DNA of 60,012 nt, counting the filler, from Dugesia japonica (taxonomy: Eukaryota): assembly GCA_001938525.1 (NCBI GenBank). It is 5 parts of 5 records of this genome, joined end to end, with 100 filler letters (N's around TTAATTAATTAA, not from the genome) between each part and the next. Parts side by side here need not be neighbours in the genome. Positions count along the whole stretch, not along the records: positions 45,872 to 60,012 come from MQRL01521275.1; 4 more parts are not named here. The stretch is one strand, 5' to 3'. The position numbers and the translations under genes were made by a program. Positions 49,979-60,012 of the stretch are shown piece after piece; position 1 is the stretch's first letter, and every line of letters begins with the position of its first letter. The notes beneath the pieces were generated by a model, which saw nothing but the letters and a program-made list of their open reading frames with translations, made no database searches and was not told where the DNA came from.

Positions 49979-50137
49979 ATGAAGCGTGGGCGTCACTAAC
50001 TGTTGATATCATTAAATTAATGAAGCGCGAACACCACTTTCAGAAAGGGATTATTAAGATAATTAATATATGAACCATGAGAGTCACTTCTGGAAACTAT
50101 TATAAGACATTAGATAAATGAACCGTGAGCATCACTT
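49979..50137. repeat. Four spaced copies of a ~20-bp motif, ATGAA(G/C)C..G....(T/C)CACT
   Basis: Starts at 49979, 50020, 50070 and 50118. Confidence 0.6.
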
Positions 50138-50479
50138 TATTATTACACAAAAATTAATTTTTCTTACACATAATGTAATTGACTTTACAAGATATAGATC
50201 ATTCACATAAAATAATGAATCATTAGTAATTGCTTTAAGGTCATTAGAAATACGAGCGGGATCAACTTTGCAATTACCAATAAATCCACCTGACGCCAAA
50301 GTCTCAAAAACTCATTTGTTTGTTGTGCACTTTTTGATAAACTATCGATAGATTTCAACATGACATACATGTAATAGAATGGTTGGAGGATATTATTCAC
50401 ATCTATTATACATAATTCTTTATTTAAATAGTCGGCATTGTTATCCTGAAAGGCTTTATAATCAATAAAAACACAGACA

Positions 50480-51550
50480 TTTCAAATATTTATTGATAAT
50501 CACATTAACGTTGTTTATACTGACTTTTAAGCCATTCAATACAATATTGATCACATAGAAATGTCAATGGATTCTGATACATGATTTGATTGTATTCGAC
50601 ACGTTGTTACATACGCTCCAATTTTTTTACCAGTAATGGTGGATAAAACATGNCCATTGGATCAAATACACGAATAATATCTGGTTTGACATGAATAGCA
50701 ATTCAAAGCTCACCATCCAAATTCAAGGTATGCGTATTGATTATCCGTTTTGTAAGAAATCCGGAAATTGTTCCATTGAATCATCTGCTGCCCAAATCAC
50801 GTTTTAATATTGTTTCAATCTGAAAAGTATTATTAATCCATAAATTTTATTTATAATAGCAATTCATACTTTATGCTATTCAATATACTTATACATGTAT
50901 GTATTGTTTATATAACCACTACTCTATTCTTGGTGATTTGAATTTCCGAATAAAATACTCCATATGCGCACATTGTCACATTACATTTTTTATCTCAATA
51001 TTTACCTTTTCTTAAATTTCCTTTATTCTAGCCATTTCTTCCTAAATAGTATTAAACTTTAATTTTAAAGATATTGATGGAATATTTTCTAGAATCAGCT
51101 GCTCATCAGATTCAATAACTGAAACTATTGGCTTCTTATTTTTGGTATTGATTAAATTGAATCCAAAGTTTTTAGCATCTGATAACGATTTAAACTTCAT
51201 TTCTACTTGACAATCTGTTTTTAATATTACTTTCTTTTCCTCGGAAAATATAAACCAATTATATTTATTGGTAGGGACAGTACTGTTAAGTTGAAGACTA
51301 CCATCTACAATACTTAATTGAAATTTATCTTCAATTTCCATCACTTCTCTTATTTTATATTAAATTTTTGAATCTTTCCGTATAGTCTGCGGACAATAAT
51401 TGAAAACAAATTCTGTCATGGCAACTTCCCAATGTTCGTTTTTAAAATTGATGGCATTCTCATAGTTGTCCAAATAATTATCATTATCGCATTATTATCA
51501 GGTCGAGTTCTTGGACAGCTGTTGCTTGGTAAATTATATAGAAACTCATT
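50480..51550 (-). pseudogene. Polinton minor capsid (penton-like) gene remnant
   Basis: N-terminal EF.Y.LPSNSCP...PDNNA is typical of this gene, which directly follows the integrase. Confidence 0.6.
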
Positions 51551-51569
51551 ATTGGATTTGAGATGCTTG

Positions 51570-52600
51570 ACTCCACGTAGGCTTTGAATACCCATGCCAT
51601 TCAACTAGGTATTGTTTATATTGTTTTTTACCTTTCATTTTGAGAATTGATTTAATTCGATATATATACTTGGTTTTTCCGGCAACACTTACAATTCTTG
51701 CTCATAAAATTTACCTTGAATAATATTATCATCTTCATTATGTATTACATACATGACCGGTGTTTGTCTGGTGTTTATTGCTGAGATTTAATATTAATAT
51801 CAATTAATATCAATTTAATATCAAAGTTTTCGATAAATGGCGTTGAGCTAATTCGAGAAATTCGTACATGTTGACCAATTTTATATTTTGGTTTCAGCTT
51901 ATTATTGATGAAATACTGCCTCAAATGATTATCATCATATGTAACATCGACTGGTCTTTTTACTCGATGTTCAGAATGATTATATGCATAAATCAATTTA
52001 GATAAAATGTATACACTTTTTGTTGCCTTGTTTTCTAAAAAACTTGTTTAATCGAGTGCGCTAAGTTTGATTAAATTGCTCATTTAAAGCTGCCTAGTAT
52101 TGAGAAAATAATGAATAGTGTAATATTACATGTTGCTTTAGTAATGATTTGACTTGGGTAATGTAGAATTCTTTACTTAAATCAGTTTGAATAGCTCTTG
52201 GCTGTACATTTTTTAGCATATCTGTTAAAGCCAACAACATGTCATTGCCAGATTTACGTTTTACTGGAACTGCTCGAGCATACTGACTAAATACATCAAC
52301 ACATGTCAAAGTATAAATGTAATCACTATTTATGCTTGCCTATGGAATCATTTACATGAAATCTAATTGCCATAGTCTATTAACTCTTGTTACAATGTAT
52401 ATATAAGTTGGAAACCGTTGGTTTATTCAGACTGTATGATAGTTGATTGCTTAACCACTTCTTTGTCTCTTTTACCGAAACATTTGCAGCATTTGCAAGC
52501 TTTGAAATATCAGCGTATTCAATCGAGTCTTTTGGATTGTATGATAAATGTTCCACCATATTTATCGTGTTTTTTACTTGACTTTGAAATACAACAACGA
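51570..52600 (-). pseudogene. Retroviral-like (rve) integrase with C-terminal chromodomain-like region
   Basis: YTLTCVDVFSQYARAVP; IQTDLSKEF; YNHSEHR..PVDVT; KYKIGQHVRIS; IQGKFYEQEL; QYLVEWHGY. Confidence 0.9.
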
Positions 52601-52689
52601 ATATTCACTAAAATGTTTGGTATATCGGAAGAGGATGGTGCTACACCTCTTTAATTCGAGATCTGGAAAAAATCAAACTTGATTCTTTA

Positions 52690-53150
52690 TACAGAATCAA
52701 TTATTTTCTTTGTAATATATCTCGTAGCAGCTCCAACTGCTCCGGTTGCTGCAGCTTTACCCAACAGACTTAAAATTAGTAAAAGTGCAGCCCAAACAAA
52801 TCCATTTCCATGCTGTGGTGAACCGTAATATACTTGATTATTTCCTTTTTTCTTCTATCATTTTGTATTGAAAATGTTTTTCAAGTATTCGTTTCTTTGC
52901 TGCTAAATTTATTGCTTTAGTTATATCACAAGAGCTTCTTGGTACTTTTTTAATCGATATTTCTTACCAGAATCTACATCCACTCTGCCCAAAACAATTT
53001 GTTGCAAAGCACTAATGAAATCAATAAATACAAATTCTGGCATCTAATGTATCATTTGCCATCGAGAATTTGATGGAGCTTTTAAAATCGCTTTAAAGTA
53101 TGGTATGCTTTGTAAACATTATCTCAAACGATGAGTTGATTTACCACCAC
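52690..53150 (-). pseudogene. Polinton small basic protein (QHGNGFVWAALL...GAVGAA)
   Basis: Homologue of 21269-21720. Confidence 0.6.
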
Positions 53151-53305
53151 TCTTTTTTTNNNNNNNNNNNNNNNNNNNNNNNNNNNNNNNNNNNNNNNNN
53201 NNNNNNNNNNNNNNNNACATTTATTATTTGTTTTGCATTGTTTTGTAGTAACATTTTTTATGTAAATAGCAATAATTGATTTTGCTTATATGAAGCATGT
53301 GAGAG

Positions 53306-53340
53306 TATAAAAGCCGGTAACTGTTATCTACAAACATTCA
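53306..53340 (+). promoter_or_regulatory. TATA box (TATAAAAG) with an initiator-like CATTCA ~30 nt downstream
   Basis: TATAAAAG at 53306-53313, CATTCA at 53335-53340, ATG at 53345. Confidence 0.55.
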
Positions 53341-53344
53341 AATA

Positions 53345-53796
53345 ATGCTATCAAATATTAATTACAGGGCTCACGCAGTTAATTATAAATCTCATCTTCT
53401 ACGATTCAATACTTGGAAAAAGCCTCAGCACTGTGTACTAAAGATGGATGATTTTACGATAATTATATTTGAATCGGGTAAATGTCGAATCATGTGTTGT
53501 AAAAACCAATCATGAATAAAGAAATTACATCCAAAAATTTCAAATTCTAAATAGACTGTATTCAATCAATTACAGTGACATGCAATCTCGGAAAACCAGT
53601 AAATTTATATAGAGTAAGTGGCAAATATGATTATTGGTTTGAACCTGAATTATTTTCTGCATTACGTATCAATAAATATAAACCGTTATGTGCTAATGAT
53701 TTTGCTAGTGGGAAAGTTGCAATCCTTAGACTAAAGTCACTTGATTATCATGAGATTATAAATGAAATTACAAAATATATATTGAAAATTGTTTAA
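53345..53796 (+). pseudogene. Intronless, divergent TATA-binding-protein-like gene (~150 codons; frameshift ~53503, stop 53548)
   Basis: Repeat 1 LSNINY..FTIIIFESGKCRIM. Repeat 2 IQSITVTCNLGKPVNL..FEPELFSAL..KP..FASGKVAI, versus TBP IQNMVGSCDVKFPIRL..YEPELFPGL..KP..FVSGKVVL. Confidence 0.8.
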
Positions 53797-54691
53797 ATCA
53801 ATCAAATTATTATTTCCCACATGTATACATTTCTATTTTTTATTATTTATGATGGATTTTTCATTATTAAAAAACAATGAACAATCATTCTCAAATGCAC
53901 CCAAAGTCATGAAAAAACCTAATTCAAACAGTGTGTATTCACAACAAAAACAGCAAATTCATAATTTGGTCGTGCGAAAATATAATACTTATCGTTTCCA
54001 CTTGTTGGATGAACTGATTATTGTACATCTTGAAGATTGTGTAGAAATTGAAAAAACCAAACATTTTTATATAATAAAGAATATGGGTGGTTGTAATTAA
54101 GATAGAATGAGACAGACAATGAAACAGTTGGATGTGGATTTAGATTTCGACAAAAAATATATTGATTCAATACAAAAGCATCTTTACTTGCCAGGTATTA
54201 AAATAACAATTTTGGATGTTATTGGTAGAAAATTGAAAACTCTGTCTCAAATTTGCTTTGAATGGTTTGCAGCAAATGAATAATCATATTAGTGCCCCTT
54301 TGTGGGATATTAAGCAGATAATGTATAACTATCAATGAAAATGTATATGTAATTACTTTAAATAAAATTTTGGTTTTCAATGTGAAATTTATTATTGATT
54401 GTAAATGATTTTGTTTATATAAAGCATGTGAGAGAATATGAAAATTGAAAAAGTAAAATCAGAATTGCTTTTAAATGTAATTTGATTTTGCTTTGAATTC
54501 ATATTTATTTTATTTAATAATATATTATTGTAAAACATAAACATGTTAAAAGAAAAATTATTGATTATTAAATTAATATATTATTATTATCGTACCTGAG
54601 GAATTTAATTGTTATAAAACAAATTTTTTTAAAAAAACATTGTTTCTTGTCATTCATTATTATTGATTATTATAGTGTCATTATTATTATA

Positions 54692-54697
<6 letters not shown>

Positions 54698-54747
<50 letters not shown>

Positions 54748-54752
54748 ATTAT
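54698..54752. repeat. (ATT)n microsatellite
   Basis: Direct reading. Confidence 0.9.
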
Positions 54753-55284
54753 TATATCTTTTTCATTAAACACTGATTTTATTGATTTTCTTTTACTTGA
54801 TTATTATTATTGACCTGATGAAATAAAATCAATGATGATCATATACTTTTTATATGTTATCACTGATAACGTAATAATTATAAAAGTTTTTAACTAAGAA
54901 ATAATCAATTTATTCAACATCATTATGATTTAAAATTGATAACATTTAACCGATAATATTTTTTCAGTTCAGTTTAATTAAATTAGTTACTTGTAATGAT
55001 GTAAGTTTTATTGTTTTATTTTTCAAAAAATCTTTATTTTAATTTAGATTGAACATATGCAAATTGTTTATGGAAAATAAATGCCAAAATATTAGTATTT
55101 GCAAATTAACTTAGACTCCTAATACAGTGAAAGTGGAAATGACAGTGTCACAATGCTATGATTATATTAATGTATATTTAGTTGATAATAAAAATCGATA
55201 AGGACTTAATAGCTGTTTTTTTGAATAAAGAAGTGGTTTGCTTAGATCGACCAAGTTATATTGGACAAATGGTTCTTGATTTGT

Positions 55285-55641
55285 TGTTAACAAAAATTAT
55301 TTGATAAATAAAGAAATTAACTTCATGTAATAAAGTTGAAAGATTTAATTGAAAATATTTTGTTAAATATTAAATTTTGTAAAATGATTAATTTTTTAAA
55401 TTTAATTGAAAATATTTTGTTAAATATTTAATTTTGTAAAATGATTAATTTTTTAAATTTATCATTTTTTAAATATTTTAAAATGATTTCGGTCAGAATA
55501 AAATAAAAAGGTTAGCTAGTTTAAAATTTTGTTTAAAAAACAAATTGATAGTTTGTGTTTTGTTTTGGTTGTGAATTAATCTTAGAATGAAAAGTGTTCC
55601 TTTTTTTAATGCAAAGATGTATGTTACAGATTCATCTAACA
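55285..55641 (+). mobile_element. Gypsy 5' LTR (TGTTA...TAACA) followed by PBS TGGCGGCAGCGG
   Basis: Inverted termini, PBS at 55642 and an internal tandem duplication. Interrupts the pPolB fragment. Confidence 0.75.
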
Positions 55642-56015
55642 TGGCGGCAGCGGTAAAAACCCAGGGAATTACCAAGAGATTAATGCCGGAGATATTTTGC
55701 CAAGGTAATGATTTGGAGAAATTTATAAAGCGATGCGGAAGACACTTTGAAGCAAAAGAAATGGTTGACAGGAAAGATCAAGAAAGTTTGATAATAAGTA
55801 TGCTTGACGAAGACTTAATAGAGGCATATCGGAAAACTCTAAAGAAAGTTGATGGATATCAAGGAAGATTACGATTAGCCTTTGGAAGCAAAAGAGATAT
55901 TATAAAAGACTTTCAAAATCTTATAGAAGTATAGAAGTATACATAGAAGTATACTCCAAGAAAGTGAAAGATTATTTTGAAAAAAATTGAAAACTAATTT
56001 GAAAAAATTGAAGAC
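55641..56015 (+). pseudogene. Gypsy gag N-terminal fragment
   Basis: MPEIFCQGNDLEKFIKRCGRHFE... directly after the PBS. Truncated. Confidence 0.6.
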
Positions 56016-56049
56016 CATTTTTTTATGGGGGGTATGCCTTTTTTGGTAT

Positions 56050-57400
56050 CACTAAATACGTTGGTCCAGTGCTGCACTATCTACTTATTACTTCTTCTAA
56101 TAAAAAATTAATAGTTGAGAAAAAAAATTTTCATTCCAGCATTTATAAAAGTTTGTAAAAATGTTAACCAAAATACTGATTTCAATAACTATTTATATGC
56201 AGGAATATTTGAATTTACAACAATTATTAATGAAAGAATTTCAGCAAACAGATTATCAATTCGAGATTTTGGTCGTCATGTTGATGCAGAAAATTAGTAT
56301 TATTTTTTAAGTAATTATATCAAGACTTGACTCAGTACGACACTGGATACCGAAAAAACACAACTTAAAAGTTGATCTTGATAGTGTATGTACTACGACG
56401 GATGGTACCTGGGTTATGACGAACATGTAGATTGAAAAACAATTTTGTCTAACCCATGCCATCCAACAAGCTATGGTTGACATATTGTATAAAACAGCAG
56501 TTGTGGACTCGATAAATGATTATTTTGAATCTGATGAAGATAGTAATGATGAGATTGCTGGTGAATATAATGAAAAGCACTTAGACGGATTGGGAATTTT
56601 GCAGACCTCACTAAATTCAAATAAACTCACAAATAATTTGATTCAATTGATAAACAAAATAAGAAATGTTGTAAAGCTGGTCCAACAATCAAATTTATGT
56701 AAAACTGACTATGAAAAAATTTTCATTAATCTGAGATTAGAAGATCAAATGGAACAGTTTACTTTTTAAGTTAGAACGTGTTTATAGAATAAAAAATTCA
56801 ATTCAAAAAGCCCTGGTTGACCATAATTATGCAATCAGTCTTAGAGAATCTGAATTACAATTTATATTATCAACAGTTTCGTTTTTGTTACCAATGGAAT
56901 TTGCTGAAGATGCTCTGTCGCGGAGAGAGGCTAATCTTTTATCAGCTGATATTACCCTTGCATTTTATTATATAAGATTTGAGTGTACATTAATTAAGTA
57001 ACAATATTAAGAGCCACTTAATTCGAATAATAAAGGAAAGACGCGGAAATTTATCCAATCTCATTCAACATCTTCATAAAGAAGATCCAGCCCAAAACAA
57101 TTTGGGATCAGATATCTTATCTGATTGGCTAACTAAAACAGCTTTGGTAAATTTAATTGTGCATTAATTCTGCAACTTTCATCCGTCCCAACTGAAACTT
57201 CATTATAACCAACTACAAGTGACAAGGATGAAGGAACCATAATGTGTGAAGACGAACCTATGAGCTTGGTATTACGGGAAAAGATGGACATGGTCATGAA
57301 TAATGACATGAAAATAACAACAGCATCAAATAAATCGAAACGCTAACGATTTGGTGATCAGAAAATAAATTTCTCTATTTGAGGAAGATGGCACACGTAG
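56050..57400 (+). pseudogene. hAT transposase remnant
   Basis: TTDG..VM...QFCLTHAIQQAMVDILYK; INKIRNVVK; KWNS-like. Confidence 0.8.
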
Positions 57401-60012
57401 TACTGACTTGTTTGAATATTATTGTTGTTGTACGTGGTTTTTTAAAAACGTTTTTAAAAATATTATTGAGTGTTTAATTATTTTTTAATTGGATTGGAAA
57501 ATTTTGTAATTAAGAATCATTTTTGTTTTAATTGTACAGTTGAGAATAAATTCGAAGAAATAATAGGGCATTTAAATTTTCCTTACAACCGGTATTCAAA
57601 TTTAGGTCCGGCATTTTATTCCAATATACATGCTTCAAGAAATATTTCAAATTTTAAACAAATATCTTTAGACAAAAATATTAGACATCAATTTCTAAAT
57701 TCAAATAAATTACACATATACATATTTGCATGCATACGTACCATAACTTTTATTAAATTAACAAATTTATCTGTAATCTCTATTTCATAGACCTTTAAAA
57801 TGGTGCATTTTGTTTATACTTAATGGTTTTTGTTCCAACTTTTAAGTAAGTCAAAACCTCCTATGAAAAGCATTAATATTTTTGTTTGAAGAAAGAAATA
57901 GCTAAAATCTCGGTATTAGTTTTTGGTATACCTGTATTGTATGCCCTAATTGCATTAAAGTTGGATAAAATCAAAATTGAATGCACATATTTGCAGTATT
58001 TAAAATAATCCAGATTTAACTTTACAAATACTTTATTTATATTTGGCTTAAAAATTTATTAAACTTAATGTTTTTTTAAAATTATTAAAATAAAATTATA
58101 TACAGTAAACTCCGTATAAAAGCAACACTATTATTGAGAAAAAATACGGTTAAGGAGAATTTTTCGGTTCAGCTTTGTGTAATTGGAAATTTTCACAAAC
58201 AAAATACTCTGCTTAAAGAGAATCTCAGCTTATATAGAACAAAAATTATCAGCCCAACTGATCTTCTATTAAAAATTTTAACAAAGTTAATTAAACAAAA
58301 TTAAAGTTGTTAGCTATCAAAATATTTACATTCTATAATCAATCTCTTCTTAAATGAATGACACTGACAATACTATATCAATGTAAAATGTTGGTTTTTA
58401 TATAAAATCTCATTTTCTAGATCTGAGAGAATTAATAAACATGCCAATGAACTTAGACGCCCAAATTAAAGAAGCTAGTCNNNNNNNNNNNNNNNNNNNN
58501 NNNNNNNNNNNNNNNNNNNNNNNNNNNNNNNNNAAGATATGCTTGAATTTCAAAGAATTGAATATAGTGACACAAAGATAAGCATTCCAATTGCGAATGT
58601 TGATGAAATTTTGGACAAATAACTGATTTATGCTCACACGTTAAATTAGGTGTGTGAGCAGTTTTGAAAAGCAAGTTAAAAATTTTGTGTGATTGGTGAT
58701 ATTTTAAAATCTTTTTTTTAAAGGAGAGATTTAAATTGTTGATGAAAAATTTAAATAACAAATATTTGGTTTATTGATAAATTAAATTATTTTGAGTAAA
58801 CCGAAATTTGGCTAATTAAATAAATAAAAGTTTCAATTTTAAATTTCAAAATAACGATTGAATAATAAAGCAAAATTTTATAATAAATAAAATTTTTAAC
58901 GTGAAAGAAATTTTCGTCTTAAATTTTAAATAAATAAATAAAATGTTTTAAATAAATTAAAGTAAATGAAAACACGGGATTTTAATTTGTTTGAATAAAC
59001 AAATAGTCTTAAGCATAGTTTGTATTTTGAAATAAATTTTAGGAAGTTGAATTTTGATTTTGATTATCCGAGTTCTCAAAACTCATCTAACAAGTTGATT
59101 TAGCAGCCACAGAGTATTGTTCAGCAGAAGTGAGCTATTTTGGTATTGTTTAGTCGATCTGTAATTTGATACAAAAAACAAACTCGTTAAAGAAAGGTAC
59201 AAAGTTATTTAAGAAAAAGATGGTCTATATGGAGGAATGATGATAAAACTTTTTATGCTAATTTTTTAGAGATTCATGAAATACTGTATAATTTTGTTTA
59301 AAGTGAACATCAACCACAAGAAGCTACTTATGAAACAAAATCACTTATTAAGAATTTAGACCATTTTGAGATAACATTAATGTACTTTGTTTGGAAAGAA
59401 TTTTTGAAATTTTGATTTTGTCAATAAATCCCACAGAAGCCGGGTACGGGGTTGAGTGTTATCACCATTTTCATTGCCCACTTCCAATATGCACATTATA
59501 AATTTGGACTGTTTGAAAGTACGGGAAAATATTTTACACACTGCTTGTACCTATATCATTTTATACATCAAAATATATTATTGTAAAAGGTATATCTTTA
59601 ATTTATTTATATAGGGCACTTACACATATTACATTATTTATAATTTTGAGTTAAAGATATATACTATATAATATCGTATTAACATGTACAGGGTAAAATC
59701 AAACACCCGTAAACTCATAGACATACAATCGAACAATAGTTATAGAACAAACGAACCATAAAATAACTTGTTGAGTAGAAATACCCAGAAAATGGATAAA
59801 AAAATGATCATGGTAATTAATTTTTATTCTATTTATTTTAAAAGTTATACTGCCGACATAGAATAGGTACATCTAACTATGAACTTTTGACAGCTTACTA
59901 CTTATTTTACGCTCATCTATTTTAAACTTCATTGACCTCAAAGACTAACTCCTCCTCGGCTAAAAGTGAAAATAAATGTCTAGGAACATGCGATGATGCT
60001 AACATGTTATAT

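Larger units (their letters stand above)
49900..55284. mobile_element. Polinton/Maverick copy 2 (decayed, rearranged)
   Basis: Minor capsid, chromo-integrase, core gene, ATPase 5' stub (~53990-54063), conserved small gene and a pPolB fragment (55200-55283, similar to 27513-27595). Confidence 0.85.

Noticed and set aside
49979-50137. Repeat-spacer pattern as a CRISPR-like array
   Set aside because: The repeats are degenerate, and the spacers are AT-rich and partly similar to each other.
50200-50450. Possible major capsid protein fragment
   Set aside because: The position fits, but the similarity is too weak to call by eye.

Overview
Very AT-rich, intron-containing eukaryotic DNA. It looks metazoan and possibly flatworm/planarian, but that is inference only. 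Four artificial 100-nt spacers (N44-TTAATTAATTAA-N44) split the window into five segments whose physical linkage is unproven. Most of the sequence is decayed mobile DNA. Polinton/Maverick remnants include pPolB, packaging ATPase, chromo-integrase, minor capsid, a putative core protein and AGTAGG termini. There are also Gypsy, mariner, pogo, hAT, MULE, piggyBac and Penelope fragments. Recognisable host coding sequence consists of three symmetric phase-1 exons of a large basic Cys-rich protein, the last exon of a trypsin-like protease and one probable orphan exon. Five highlights: (1) two diverged, inverted copies of an unknown TG..CA-ended element carrying four conserved orphan ORFs, each with its own splice acceptor and usually its own AATAAA, two of which lack the A of ATG; (2) an intronless TBP-like gene with a TATA box inside a Polinton; (3) a 127-bp mini-Polinton with a 6-bp TSD whose ends match Polinton termini elsewhere in the window; (4) an AP-1-site cluster near a Polinton end; (5) back-to-back minimal hammerhead ribozymes of Penelope type. 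No database searches were possible, so all calls rest on motif recognition and manual alignment.
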